Notes under the pieces: generated by a model
Database searches by the model: none
The model's input: only the letters and a program-made list of their open reading frames with translations
What the model was told of the DNA's origin: nothing
Part shown: piece by piece, positions 48,085-62,200 of the stretch
Numbering within the stretch: the first letter of the stretch is position 1
Layout: the number at the start of each line of letters is the position of its first letter
Assembly: GCF_902713615.1 (NCBI RefSeq)
Contig: NC_052176.1
Location: 10,120,243-10,184,242, forward strand
Reading direction: 5' to 3'
DNA length: 64,000 bases
Source of the DNA: Scyliorhinus canicula
Lineage: Eukaryota
Program-made: the position numbers and the translations under genes

Positions 48085-51000
48085 GTGTGAGAGAGAGAGA
48101 GAGAGCCTGAGTGTGTGTGAGAGAGCCTGAGTGTGTGTGAGAGAGCCTGAGTGTGTGTGAGAGAGCCTGAGTGTGTGAGAGAGCCTGAGTGTGTGTGAGA
48201 GAGCCTGAGTGCGTGTGTGTGAGAGAGCCTGAGTGTGAGAGAGAGCCTGAGTGTGTGAGAGAGAGCCTGAGTGTGTGAGAGAGAGCCTGAGTGTGTGAGA
48301 GAGAGCCTGAGTGTGTGTGAGAGAGCCTGAGTGTGTTGAGAGATCTGTGTGTGTGAGAGAACCTGAGAGTGTGTGTGAGAGAGCCTGAGTGTGAGAGAGA
48401 GCCTGAGTGTGTGAGAGAGAGCCTGAGTGTGTGAGAGAGCCTGAGTGTGTGTGAGAGAGCCTGAGTGTGTGTGAGAGAGCCTGAGTGTGTGTGAGAGAGC
48501 CTGAGTGTGTGTGAGAGAGCCTGAGTGTGTGTGAGAGAGCCTGAGTGTGTGTGAGAGAGCCTGAGTGTGTGTGAGAGAGCCTGAGTGTGTGTGAGAGAGC
48601 CTGAGTGTGTGTGAGAGAGCCTGAGTGTGTGTGTGAGAGAGCCTGAGTGTGTGTGAGAGAGCCTGAGTGTGTGTGAGAGCCTGAGTGTGTGTGAGAGAGC
48701 CTGAGTGTGTGTGAGAGAGAGCCTGAGTGTGTGCTAGAGATAGTGTTTGAATGATAGAGTGAGAGTGTGAGGTGTGTTTTGTGTCATTGTTTCTCTGTGA
48801 TATATAACAAATTTTTAGTGCTTACTGGTGTGTGTGTGATAGAGAGTGTGAGTGAAATGAAATGACATGAAAATCGCTTATTGTCACGAGTAGGCTTCAA
48901 TGAAGTTACTGTGAAAAGCCCCTAGTCGCCACATTCCGGCACCTGTTTGGGGAGGCTGGTACGGGAGTGTGTGTGTGTATCTGAGTGTGTGTTCTATCTT
49001 TGCTTTCACTCGGTGGTATGTAACACATATTTTACAGCTTACTGTTCAGTTGCTGGAGTGTGTGTGAGTGAGTGTGTGATAGGGAGAGTATGAGCGGAAG
49101 TGTGTACACATGGGCATCAGTTTTCTCCTCACTGTCTCCGTGATATAGAATTCATATATTACTGTCTGCTGCTCAGTTACTGGTATGTTTGAGAGTGGGT
49201 GTGTGTGAGAGAGTGGGTGTGTGTGAGAGAGTGGGTGTGTGTGAGAGAGTGGGTGTGTGTGAGAGAGTGGGTGTGTGTGTGAGAGAGAGTGGGTGTGTGT
49301 GTGAGAGAGAGTGGGTGTGTGTGTGAGAGAGTGGGTGTGTGTGAGAGAGTGGGTGTGTGTGAGAGAGTGGGTGTGTGTGAGAGAGTGGGTGTGTGAGAGA
49401 GAGTGGGTGTGTGTGAGAGAGTGGGTGTGTGTGAGAGAGTGGGTGTGTGTGAGAGAGTGGGTGTGTGTGAGAGAGTGGGTGTGTGTGAGAGAGTGGGTGT
49501 GTGAGAGAGAGTGGGTGTGAGAGAGAGAGTGGGTGTGTGTGAGAGAGTGGGTGTGTGAGAGAGAGTGGGTGTGTGTGAGAGAGTGGGTGTGTGTGAGAGA
49601 GTGGGTGTGTGTGAGAGAGAGTGGGTGTCTGTGAGAGAGAGTGGGTGTGTGAGAGAGTGGGTGTCTGTGAGAGAGAGTGGGTGTGTGAGAGAGAGTGGGT
49701 GTGAGAGAGAGAGAGTGGGTGTCTGTGAGAGAGTGGGTGTCTGTGAGAGAGTGGGTGTCTGTGAGAGAGAGTGGGTGTGTGTGAGAGAGAGTGGGTGTGT
49801 GTGAGAGAGTGGGTGTCTGTGAGAGAGTGGGTGTCTGTGAGAGAGTGGGTGTCTGTGAGAGAGTGGGTGTCTGTGAGAGAGTGGGTGTGTGCGAGAGAGA
49901 AAGTGGGTGTGTGTGAGAGAGAGTGGGTGTCTCTGAGAGAGAGTGGGTGTATGTGAGAGAGTGGGTGTCTGTCAGAGAGTGGGTGTGTGAGAGAGAGAGT
50001 GGGTGTGTGTGAGAGAGAGTGGGTGTCTGTGAGAGAGTGGGTGTGTGAGAGAGAGTGGGTGTCTGTGAGAGAGAGTGGGTGTGTGTGAGAGAGTGGGTGT
50101 GTGTGAGAGAGGGTGGGTGTGTGAGAGAGAGAGTGGGTGTGAGAGAGAGAGTGGGTGTGTGTGAGAGAGTGGGTGTGTGAGAGAGAGTGGGTGTGTGTGA
50201 GAGAGTGGGTGTGTGTGAGAGAGTGGGTGTGTGTGAGAGAGAGTGGGTGTCTGTGAGAGAGAGTGGGTGTGTGAGAGAGAGTGGGTGTGTGAGAGAGAGT
50301 GGGTGTGTGAGAGAGAGTGGGTGTGAGAGAGAGAGAGTGGCTGTCTGTGAGAGAGTGGGTGTCTGTGAGAGAGTGGGTGTCTGTGAGAGAGAGTGGGTGT
50401 GTGTGAGAGAGAGTGGGTGTGTGTGAGAGAGTGGGTGTGTGTGAGAGAGTGGGTGTGTGTGAGAGAGTGGGTGTGTGTGAGAGAGTGGGTGTGTGTGAGA
50501 GAGTGGGTGTGTGAGAGAGAGTGGGTGTGTGAGAGAGAGTGGGTGTGTGAGAGAGAGAGTGGGTGTGTGTGAGAGAGTGGGTGTGTGTGAGAGAGTGGGT
50601 GTCTGTGAGAGAGTGGGTGTCTGTGAGAGAGTGGGTGTCTGTGAGAGAGTGGGTGTCTGTGAGAGAGTGGGTGTGTGCGAGAGAGAAAGTGGGTGTGTGT
50701 GAGAGAGAGTGGGTGTCTGTGAGAGAGAGTGGGTGTATGTGAGAGAGTGGGTGTCTGTCAGAGAGTGGGTGTGTGAGAGAGAGAGTGGGTGTGTGTGAGA
50801 GAGAGTGGGTGTCTGTGAGAGAGTGGGTGTGTGAGAGAGAGTGGGTGTCTGTGAGAGAGAGTGGGTGTGTGTGAGAGAGTGGGTGTGTGTGAGAGAGGGT
50901 GGGTGTGTGAGAGAGAGAGTGGGTGTGTGTGAGAGAGTGGGTGTGTGTGTGAGAGAGTGGGTGTGTGTGAGAGAGTGGGTGTGTGTGAGAGAGTGGGTGT

Positions 51001-54000
51001 GTGTGAGAGAGTGGGTGTGTGAGAGAGAGTGGGTGTGTGTGAGAGAGTGGGTGTGTGTGAGAGAGTGGGTGTGTGTGAGAGAGTGGGTGTGTGTGAGAGA
51101 GTGGGTGTGTGTGAGAGAGTGGGTGTGTGTGAGAGAGTGGGTGTGTGAGAGAGTGGGTGTGTGAGAGAGTGGGTGTGTGAGAGAGAGTGGGTGTGTGAGA
51201 GAGAGTGGGTGTGTGAGAGAGAGTGGGTGTGTGAGAGAGAGTGGGTGTGTGAGAGAGAGTGGGTGTGTGAGAGAGAGTGGGTGTGTGAGAGAGAGTGGGT
51301 GTGTGTGAGAGATAGTGGGTGTGTGTGAGAGAGTGGGTGTGTGTGAGAGAGTGGGTGTGTGTGAGAGAGTGGGTGTTTGTGAGAGAGAGAGTGGGTGTGT
51401 GTGAGAGTGGGTGTGTGTGAGAGAGTGGGTGTGTGTGAGAGAGTGGGTGTGTGTGAGAGAGTGGGTGTGTGTGTGAGAGAGAGTGGGTGTGTGTGAGAGA
51501 GTGGGTGTGTGTGAGAGAGTGGGTGTGTGAGAGAGTGGTGTGTGAGAGAGAGTGGGTGTGTATGAGAGAGTGGGTGTGTGTGAGAGAGTGGGTGTGTGTG
51601 AGAGAGTGGGTGTGTGTGAGAGAGCCTGAGTGTGTGTGAGAGAGCCTGAGTGTGTGTGTGAGAGAGCCTGAGTGTGTGTGTGAGAGAGCCTGAGTGTGAG
51701 TGAGAGAGCCTGAGAGTGTGTGAGAGAGAGCCTGAGTGTGTGCTAGAGATAGTGTTTGAATGATAGAGTGAGAGTGTGAGGTGTGTTTTGAGTCATTGTT
51801 TCCCTGTGATATATAACAAATATTTTACTGCTTACTGGTGTGTGTGTGATAGAGAGTGTGAGTGAAATGAAATGACATGAAAATCGCTTATTGTCACGAG
51901 TAGGCTTCAATGAAGTTACTGTGAAAAGCCCCTAGTCGCCACATTCCGGCACCTGTTTGGGGAGGCTGGTACGGGAGTGTGTGTGTGTATCTGAGTGTGT
52001 GTTCTATCTTTGCTTTCACTCGGTGGTATGTAACACATATTTTACAGCTTACTGTTCAGTTGCTGGAGTGTGTGTGAGTGAGTGTGTGATAGGGAGAGTA
52101 TGAGCGGAAGTGTGTACACGTGGGCATCAGTTTTCTCCTCACTGTCTCCGTGATATAGAATTCATATATTCGTGTCTGCTGCTCAGTTACTGGTATGTTT
52201 GAGAGTGTGTGTGTGTGTGAGAGAGAGAGCCTGAGTGTGTGAGAGAGAGAGCCTGAGTGTGTGAGAGAGAGTGTGAGCAGAAGTGTGTACACGTGGGCAT
52301 CAGTTTTCTCCTCACTGTCTCCGTGATATAGAATTCATATATTACTGTCTGCTGCTCAGTTACTGGTATGTTTGAGAGTGGGTGTGTGTGAGAGAGTGGG
52401 TGTGTGTGAGAGAGTGGGTGTGTGTGAGAGAGTGGGTGTGTGTGAGAGAGTGGGTGTGTGTGAGAGAGTGGGTGTGTGTGAGAGAGTGGGTGTGTGTGAG
52501 AGAGAGTGGGTGTGTGAGAGAGAGTGGGTGTGTGAGAGAGAGTGGGTGTGTGAGAGAGAGTGGGTGTGTGAGAGAGAGTGGGTGTGTGAGAGAGAGTGGG
52601 TGTGTGAGAGAGAGTGGGTGTGTGAGAGAGAGTGGGTGTGTGAGAGAGAGTGGGTGTGTGTGAGAGATCCTGAGTGTGTGTGAGAGAGCCTGAGTGTGTG
52701 TGTGAGAGAGCCTGAGTGTGTGTGTGAGAGAGCCTGAGTGTGAGTGAGAGAGCCTGAGAGTGTGTGAGAGAGAGCCTGAGTGTGTGCTAGAGATAGTGTT
52801 TGAATGATAGAGTGAGAGTGTGAGGTGTGTTTTGTGTCATTGTTTCTCTGTGATATATAACAAATTTTTAGTGCTTACTGGTGTGTGTGTGATAGAGAGT
52901 GTGAGTGAAATGAAATGACATGAAAATCGCTTATTGTCACGAGTAGGCTTCAATGAAGTTACTGTGAAAAGCCCCTAGTCGCCACATTCCGGCACCTGTT
53001 TGGGGAGGCTGGTACGGGAGTGTGTGTGTGTATATGAGTGTGTGTTCTATCATCGCTGTCACTTGATGATATGTAACACATATTTTACACCTTACGGCTC
53101 AGTTGCTGGAGTGTGTGTGAGTGAGTGTGTGATAGGGAGAGTATGAGCGGAAGTGTGTACACGTGGGCATCAGTTTTCTCCTCACTGTCTCCGTGATATA
53201 GAATTCATATATTCGTGTCTGCTGCTCAGTTACTGGTATGTTTGAGAGTGTGTGTGTGTGTGAGAGAGAGAGCCTGAGTGTGTGAGAGAGAGAGCCTGAG
53301 TGTGTGAGAGAGAGTGTGAGCAGAAGTGTGTACACGTGGGCATCAGTTTTCTCCTCACTGTCTCCGTGATATAGAATTCATATATTACTGTCTGCTGCTC
53401 AGTTACTGGTATGTTTGAGAGTGGGTGTGTGTGAGAGAGTGGGTGTGTGTGAGAGAGTGGGTGTGTGTGAGAGAGTGGGTGTGTGTGAGAGAGTGGGTGT
53501 GTGTGAGAGAGTGGGTGTGTGTGAGAGAGTGGGTGTGTGTGAGAGAGTGGGTGTGAGAGAGAGTGGGTGTGTGAGAGAGAGTGGGTGTGTGAGAGAGAGT
53601 GGGTGTGTGAGAGAGAGTGGGTGTGTGAGAGAGAGTGGGTGTGTGAGAGAGAGTGGGTGTGTGAGAGAGAGTGGGTGTGTGAGAGAGAGTGGGTGTGTGT
53701 GAGAGAGAGTGGGTGTGTGTGAGAGAGTGGGTGTGTGTGAGAGAGTGGGTGTGTGTGAGAGAGTGGGTGTGTGTGAGAGAGAGTGGGTGTGTGTGAGAGA
53801 GTGGGTGTGTGTGAGAGAGTGGGTGTGTGTGAGAGAGTGGGTGTGTGTGAGAGAGTGGGTGTGTGTGAGAGAGTGGGTGTGTGTGTGAGAGAGAGTGGGT
53901 GTGTGTGAGAGAGTGGGTGTGTGTGAGAGAGTGGGAGTGTGAGAGAGAGTGGATGTGTGTGAGAGAGAGTGGGTGTGTATGAGAGAGTGGGTGTGTGTGA

Positions 54001-57000
54001 GAGAGTGGGTGTGTGTGAGAGAGTGGGTGTGTGTGAGAGAGCTGGTGTGTGTGAGAGAGCCTGAGTGTGTGTGTGAGAGAGCCTGAGTGTGTGTGTGAGA
54101 GAGCCTGAGTGTGAGTGAGAGAGCCTGAGAGTGTGTGAGAGAGAGCCTGAGTGTGTGCTAGAGATAGTGTTTGAATGATAGAGTGAGAGTGTGAGGTGTG
54201 TTTTGTGTCATTGTTTCTCTGTGATATATAACAAATTTTTAGTGCTTACTGGTGTGTGTGTGATAGAGAGTGTGAGTGAAATGAAATGACATGAAAATCG
54301 CTTATTGTCACGAGTAGGCTTCAATGAAGTTACTGTGAAAAGCCCCTAGTCGCCACATTCCGGCACCTGTTTGGGGAGGCTGGTACGGGAGTGTGTGTGT
54401 GTATATGAGTGTGTGTTCTATCATCGCTGTCACTTGATGATATGTAACACATATTTTACAGCTTACTGTTCAGTTGCTGGAGTGTGTGTGAGTGAGTGTG
54501 TGATAGGGAGAGTATGAGCGGAAGTGTGTACACGTGGGCATCAGTTTTCTCCTCACTGTCTCCGTGATATAGAATTCATATATTCGTGTCTGCTGCTCAG
54601 TTACTGGTATGTTTGAGAGTGTGTGTGTGTGTGAGAGAGAGAGCCTGAGTGTGTGAGAGAGAGAGCCTGAGTGTGTGAGAGAGAGTGTGAGCAGAAGTGT
54701 GTACACGTGGGCATCAGTTTTCTCCTCACTGTCTCCGTGATATAGAATTCATATATTACTGTCTGCTGCTCAGTTACTGGTATGTTTGAGAGTGGGTGTG
54801 TGTGAGAGAGTGGGTGTGTGTGAGAGAGTGGGTGTGTGTGAGAGAGTGGGTGTGTGTGAGAGAGTGGGTGTGTGTGAGAGAGTGGGTGTGTGTGAGAGAG
54901 TGGGTGTGTGTGAGAGAGTGGGTGTGTGTGAGAGAGTGGGTGTGTGTGAGAGAGTGGGTGTGTGTGAGAGAGAGTGGGTGTGTGTGAGAGAGTGGGTGTG
55001 TGTGAGAGAGTGGGTGTGTGTGAGAGAGTGGGTGTGTGAGAGAGTGGGTGTGTGAGAGAGAGTGGGTGTGTGTGAGAGAGTGGGTGTGTGTGAGAGAGTG
55101 GGTGTGTGTGAGAGAGTGGGTGTGTGTGAGAGAGTGGGTGTGTGTGAGAGATTGGGTGTGTGTGAGAGAGTGGGTGTGTGTGAGAGAGTGGGTGTGAGAG
55201 AGAGAGTGGGTGTGAGAGAGAGAGTGGGTGTGTGTGAGAGAGTGGGTGTGTGAGAGAGAGTGGGTGTGTGTGAGAGAGTGGGTGTGTGAGAGAGAGTGGG
55301 TGTGTGTGAGAGAGAGTGGGTGTCTGTGAGAGAGAGTGGGTGTGTGAGAGAGTGGGTGTCTGTGAGAGAGAGTGGGTGTGTGTGAGAGAGTGGGTGTGTG
55401 TGAGAGAGTGGGTGTGTGTGAGAGAGTGGGTGTGTGTGAGAGAGTGGGTGTGTGTGAGAGAGTGGGTGTGTGAGAGAGAGTGGGTGTGTGAGAGAGAGTG
55501 GGTGTGTGAGAGAGAGAGTGGGTGTGTGTGAGAGAGTGGGTGTCTGTGAGAGAGTGGGTGTCTGTGAGAGAGTGGGTGTCTGTGAGAGAGTGGGTGTGTG
55601 TGAGAGAGAAAGTGGGTGTGTGTGAGAGAGAGTGGGTGTCTGTGAGAGAGAGTGGGTGTATGTGAGAGAGTGGGTGTCTGTCAGAGAGTGGGTGTGTGAG
55701 AGAGAGAGTGGGTGTGTGTGAGAGAGAGTGGGTGTCTGTGAGAGAGTGGGTGTGTGAGAGAGAGTGGGTGTCTGTGAGAGAGAGTGGGTGTGTGTGAGAG
55801 AGTGGGTGTGTGTGAGAGAGGGTGGGTGTGTGAGAGAGAGAGTGGGTGTGTGTGAGAGAGTGGGTGTGTGTGTGAGAGAGTGGGCGTGTGTGAGAGAGTG
55901 GGTGTGTGTGAGAGAGTGGGTGTCTGTGAGAGAGTGGGTGTCTGTGAGAGAGTGGGTGTCTGTGAGAGAGTGGGTGTGTGAGAGAGAGTGGGTGTGTGTG
56001 AGAGAGTGGGTGTGTGTGAGAGAGTGGGTTTGTGTGAGAGAGTGGGTGTGTGTGAGAGAGTGGGTGTGTGTGAGAGAGTGGGTGTGTGTGAGAGAGTGGG
56101 ATGTGTGAGAGAGAGTGGGTGTGTGAGAGAGAGTGGGTGTGTGAGAGAGAGTGGATGTGTGAGAGAGAGTGGGTGTGTGAGAGAGAGTGGGTGTGTGTGA
56201 GAGAGAGTGGGTGTGTGTGAGAGAGTGGGTGTGTGTGAGAGTGAGTGGGTGTGTGTGAGAGAGTGGGTGTGTGTGAGAGAGAGAGTGGGTGTGAGAGAGA
56301 GAGTGGGTGTGAGAGAGAGAGTGGGTGTGTGTGAGAGTGGGTGTGTGTGAGAGAGTGGGTGTGTGTGAGAGAGTGGGTGTGTGTGAGAGAGTGGGTGTGT
56401 GTGAGAGAGTGGGTGTGTGTGAGAGAGCGGGTGTGTGTGTGAGAGAGAGTGGGTGTGTGTGAGAGAGTGGGTGTGTGAGAGAGAGTGCATGTGTGTGAGA
56501 GAGAGGTGGTGTGTATGAGAGAGTGGGTGTGTGTGAGAGAGTGGGTGTGTGTGAGAGAGTGGGTGTGTGTGAGAGAGAGTGGGTGTGTGTGAGAGAGAGT
56601 GGGTGTGTGTGAGAGAGAGTGGGTGTGTGTGAGAGAGTGGGTGTGAGAGTGGGTGTGTGTGAGAGAGAGTGGGAGTGTGTGAGAGAGAGAGTGGGTGAGT
56701 GTGAGAGAGAGAGTGGGTGTCTGTGAGAGAGTGGGTGTCTGTGAGAGAGTGGGTGTCTGTGAGAGAGTGGGTGTGTGTGAGAGAGTGGGTGTGTGTGAGA
56801 GAGTGGGTGTGAGAGAGAGTGGGTGTCTGTGAGAGAGTGGGTGTCTGTGAGAGAGTGGATGTCTGTGAGAGAGTGGATGTCTGTGAGAGAGTGGGTGTGT
56901 GTGAGAGAGCGGGTGTGTGTGAGAGAGTGGGTGTGTGTGAGAGAGTGGGTGTGTGTGAGAGAGTGGGTGTGTGTGTGAGAGAGAGTGGGTGTGTGAGAGA

Positions 57001-58742
57001 GAGTGGGCGTGTCTGTGAGAGAGTGGGTGTGTGTGAGAGAGTGGGTGCGTGTGTGAGAGAGAGTGGGTGTGTGAGAGAGAGTGGGTGTGTGTGAGAGAGT
57101 GGGTGTGTGAGAGAGAGTGGGTGTCTGTGAGAGAGTGGGTGTCTGTGAGAGAGGGGTTGTGTGAGAGAGCGGTGTGTGTGAGAGAGAGGGGTGTGTGTGA
57201 GAGAGAGGGTGTGTGTGAGAGACAGTGGGTGTGTGAGAGAGAGTGGGTGTGTGTGAGAGAGAGTGGGTGTCTGTGAGAGAGTGGGTGTCTGTGAGAGAGA
57301 GAGTGGGTGTGTGTGAGAGAGTGGGTGTCTGTGAGAGAGCGGGTGTGTGTGAGAGAGTGGGTGTGTGTGAGAGAGAGTGGGTGTCTGTGAGAGAGAGAGA
57401 GAGTGGGTGGCTGTGAGAGAGAGAGTGGGTGTCTGTGAGAGAGTGGGTGTGTGAGAGAGAGTGGGTGTGTGTGAGAGAGTGGGTGTGTGTGAGAGAGAGT
57501 AGGTGTCTGTGAGAGAGTGGGTGTGTGTGAGAGAGTGGTGTGTGTGAGAGAGTGGGTGTCTGTGGAGAGTGGGTGTCTGTGAGAGAGAGAGTGGGTGTGT
57601 GTGAGAGAGTGGTGTCTGTGAGAGAGCGGGTGTGTGTGGAGAGAGTGGGTGTGTGTGAGAGAGTGGGGTGTATGTGAGAGAGTGGGTGTGTGTAGAGAGT
57701 GGGTGTGTGAGAGAGAGTGGGTGTGTGTGAGAGAGAGTGGGTGTGGTGTGAGAGAGTGGGTGTGTGTGAGAGAGAGTGGGGTGTGTGTGAGAGAGAGTGG
57801 GTGTGTGTGAGAGAGTGGGTGTGTGAGAGAGAGTGGGTGTGTGTGAGAGAGTGGGTGTGTGAGAGAGAGTGGGTGTGTGTGAGAGAGTGGGTGTGTGTGA
57901 GAGAGTGGGGTGTGTGAGAGAGTGGGTTGTGTGAGAGAGAGTGGGTGTGTGTGAGAGAGTGGGTGTGTGAGAGAGAGTGGGTGTGTGTAGAGAGAGTGGG
58001 TGTGTGAGAGAGAGTGGGTGTGTGAGAGAGAGTGGGTGTGTGTGAGAGAGAGTGGGTGTGTGTGAGAGAGTGGGTGTGTGTGAGAGAGAGTGGGTGTGTG
58101 TGAGAGAGAGTGGGTGTGTGTGTGAGAGAGTGGGTGTGTGTGAGAGAGTGGGTGTGTGATGAGAGAGTGGGTTGTGTGAGAGAGGTGGGTGTGTGTGAGA
58201 GAGAGTGGGTGTGTGAGAGAGAGAGTGGTGTGTGAGAGAGAGTGGGTGTGTGTGTGAGAGAGAGTGGGTGTGTGTGAGAGAGGTGGGTGTGTGTGAGAGA
58301 GTGGGTGAGTGTGAGAGAGTGGGTGTGTGTGAGAGAGTGGGTGTGTGTGAGAGAGAGAGTGGGTGTGTGGAGAGAGAGAGGGGGTGTGTGTGAGAGAGTG
58401 GGTGTGTGTGAGAGAGTGGGTGTGTGTGAGAGAGTGTGTGTGTGTGAGAGAGTGGGGTGTGTGTGAGAGAGTGGGTGTGTGGAGAGAGAGTGGGTGTGTG
58501 TGAGAGAGTGGGTGTGTGAGAGAGAGTGGGTGTGTGTGAGAGAGAGTGGGTGTGTAAGAGAGAGGGGGTGTGTGAGAGAGAGTGGGTGGTGTGAGAGAGA
58601 GTGGGTGTGTGTGAGAGAGAGTGGGTGTGTGTGAGAGAGTGGGTGAGTGTGTGAGAGAGAGTGGGTGTGCGTGAGAGAGAGTGGGTGTGTGTGAGAGAGA
58701 GTGGGTGTGTGTGAGAGAGTGGGTGTGTGTGAGAGAGTGGGT
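48085..58742. repeat. GA/GT-rich satellite: ~18-20-bp units GAGAGAGTGGGTGTGTGT and GAGAGAGCCTGAGTGTGTGT, with four higher-order spacers each containing a SINE fragment
   Basis: Spacer blocks at ~48730-49190, ~51740-52372, ~52785-53415 and ~54155-54786. Confidence 0.95.
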
Positions 58743-59242
58743 NNNNNNNNNNNNNNNNNNNNNNNNNNNNNNNNNNNNNNNNNNNNNNNNNNNNNNNNNN
58801 NNNNNNNNNNNNNNNNNNNNNNNNNNNNNNNNNNNNNNNNNNNNNNNNNNNNNNNNNNNNNNNNNNNNNNNNNNNNNNNNNNNNNNNNNNNNNNNNNNNN
58901 NNNNNNNNNNNNNNNNNNNNNNNNNNNNNNNNNNNNNNNNNNNNNNNNNNNNNNNNNNNNNNNNNNNNNNNNNNNNNNNNNNNNNNNNNNNNNNNNNNNN
59001 NNNNNNNNNNNNNNNNNNNNNNNNNNNNNNNNNNNNNNNNNNNNNNNNNNNNNNNNNNNNNNNNNNNNNNNNNNNNNNNNNNNNNNNNNNNNNNNNNNNN
59101 NNNNNNNNNNNNNNNNNNNNNNNNNNNNNNNNNNNNNNNNNNNNNNNNNNNNNNNNNNNNNNNNNNNNNNNNNNNNNNNNNNNNNNNNNNNNNNNNNNNN
59201 NNNNNNNNNNNNNNNNNNNNNNNNNNNNNNNNNNNNNNNNNN
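58743..59242. other. Assembly gap (500 N)
   Basis: Run of N. Confidence 1.
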
Positions 59243-62200
59243 GCAGTGACTTCACAATGTTCACTATTACATCACTCAGCATCTTCAGCTACATCACATC
59301 TGGTCCCCATGACATGTCACCATTACGTACAGCCTGTCTTTCTCGTACCTCTTCTTTTACAAGATATTTACACAAAAAAAACATTTACAAATTGTCGATG
59401 GGGAAAGTGAGCACTTTTATTGAAGGGAGTTTACAGAAAGTGAAAACTTGTGTGCTCAAGAAATTGGATTAGGGAAGTGACAATAGGAATACATGGAATG
59501 AAGGGGCGTGTTATTCACGATTGCAGACTGAGATGAAATTTTATTACATGTCTCAGTTTATGAAAATAGGATTTGACGAGGTCAGCCAAATCCTTTGGAA
59601 AACCGCCAAGACCGTGGAGTGTGTGCAGTGGAGATTGACTGGAATGGTATCAATGACGAGGGATCCCTTGTGTGGGTGGAATAAAATATTGTAGATATTC
59701 CTGTTATAACAGAGAATGTCAAAGGGAGATTTAATAGATATTTACATTCATCCCATGGCATTATTTTCTGATACACATCAAACAATATTTTCCCATTGAT
59801 GGATTGTTCAATACTCAATGAACAGATTCAATATAATCTGCAGGATTTTGCTTTTGTCCCAATTTAATTGGTGGGGAAATGTTTCACACTGGTCCATTCC
59901 AGGCAGTCCCTGACCTGATGTGACAGAAATTTATTTTGCTTCCAGAAGCTGCATTTCCAACATTGCTCACCTGGCTGCACATTCAGAACCTTCTGACCAA
60001 CTTTTCATGGATGGAAAAAGCCTCTGAGACTGTTCAGAAACTCAGAGAGGTGACAAGGTGAGTGAGAGGTTAAGGTGATGGACTGTTAATCCATTGGGAT
60101 TTGCACACGGGGATTCCAATCACATCCTGTTGCTAGTTTGTGGAGATTTCTAATCAATTGCTTCTTGCTATTTGGATGCATTTTGCCTGAAATCCTGTGT
60201 TTATCAATATCACATTGGAGTTTCCAGATTTGCACAGACTTTAACAAAATTGAGATTGGCAAAGTCCTTCACCCAAATGTTACTGGTATGATGATCAAAT
60301 GGCAGAGCAGATATGAAGAAGCACAGTTTACTCATTTTCCTATCTTCCAATCTTCCTAATCCTGGATTCAACAGGTTGTCAAATTGATTTTAAAAAATAA
60401 ATTTAGAGTACCTAATTATTTTTTTTCCAATTATGGGGTAATTTAGCGTGGCCAATCTACCAAAACGACACATATTTGTGTTTGTGGGTGTGAAACCCAC
60501 GCACACACAGGGAGAACGTGCAAACTCCACACGGACAGTGGCCCAGGGCCGGGATTCGAACCCAGGTCCTCAGCGTCATACGCAGCAGTGCTAAACACTG
60601 AGCCAAATGTCGCCCCAAAATTCTCTCCCAATCTGTACATGCTGCCTGTTGTTAATTCCTCCACCTTTCCTTCAGGAAAAAATAGAAATCTGGAGGGAGC
60701 TGAAATGAGGTGTTATTCTCACTATTGACAATCTCTCTCCTGAACCAGAATTCCACACAACTCAGCTCCCAGTAAATGCTGAGGATAATTATAATATCCA
60801 ATCCAAGCTGCAATTCCTGCATAAATATCAGCCGGTGCTCGAGGATAACCCCATTGCTCGTGTGTCTTCAGCACAGCCCCATGGGGTCACTTACAACAGA
60901 ATGAGAGGGTGGATGGGGCCTCGGTTTAACATCTCTAACAGTGTAGCACTCCCTCAGTACTGACCTGGATTGTCAGCCTTCCATATTACACACATTCTGC
61001 AATGGGATTTGAAGACACACTTTGTGCGTCAAAGGCGACAGCGACCAGGTCACCCCCAGTGAAAGTGTTTAAGAAATCGTCGAATCCACAGCTACATGAC
61101 TGGGGCGATTATGAGGTCATCGCCTGGCAGGTCACGTGACAGCTGGAGCCACAAGGCATCACAACCAGATTCAAACCCCAAATCCTGTCAGTCACTTTTC
61201 AAATAAAGCTGTCGGCTGCTTAAAGACACAGCAGTTAAACTTCCTTCTTGACCAAGAGGACAGCTAGGGAGATGTATAGAAAACAAAATCCTTCATCAAA
61301 ATAGTTCAAACACCATTGAGATTGAAATGCTGCGAGGAAAGCCGGGTTGTTATTGAGAACTCTGCTGAGAGAACTACATCACACAGCAGAGAAATCAGGT
61401 GAAGAACCCGATCCGAATAAATCAACACCAGAGAACAAGTCACCGTCAAAACTGCATCAACCCTTGTGAAGATCAATGAGTAAAAGCTGAGAGCTCCGCA
61501 CATCATCAGTTCATCAAGTAGACACATTGTCTGGATAAAGCATTCTGTTTCCAACAGGGTTTATTGAACTGAGTGGAATAGACACATCATTACAGAACAG
61601 GCAAGTAATCACTGCAATTTTATTTGTTGTTAAGACAATGAACTCAAAACAAGATTTAGGGTGATAATAAGTTGATAATTCTAAAACAAACTTTACTTTG
61701 GGTGCATGAAATGCAACAATTAAATTAGAAACAATGACTGGAGTGACCTGTGAGCTCAAACACAGAGAGAGTGAATAGCAGAGTGAAGAGTTTAAAATGT
61801 GGATTTGATGAGAGTGCGGATTGGTTGGAGAGGGGGAAGGAGCTGCTGTGTAATTTAAACTGAGGGACAACAGCAAAAGTACAAGAGACAAGTAGCGAAC
61901 ACTCTAAATAACGAGAACTTTAATTAAATAGACAGCTCCGCTCAGTGAAATGTTGGGACAGCTGACAGCCGTTGTCTACACATCCTGCGCTCTGTGGGAA
62001 CTCCAAAGCAGGATGATGATCAATGTCTGATTCACAATACTTTAGGGAACAAAGCAGAATACAGAAAGTGCCGAGAGAGATGAAAAGGGAAATGAGATCA
62101 GCAGACAAAGAGCATGAGAAAAGATTCACAACATAATCAAAAACAGGCAGATGTTTACCAACACATGGAGAATCAATTAGAGGGTGGCTGATGAGGAGAT

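Noticed and set aside
54774-59282. 1502-aa His/Thr/Ser-rich ORF and similar ORFs at 49-59 kb
   Set aside because: Translations of satellite DNA, partly running through an N gap
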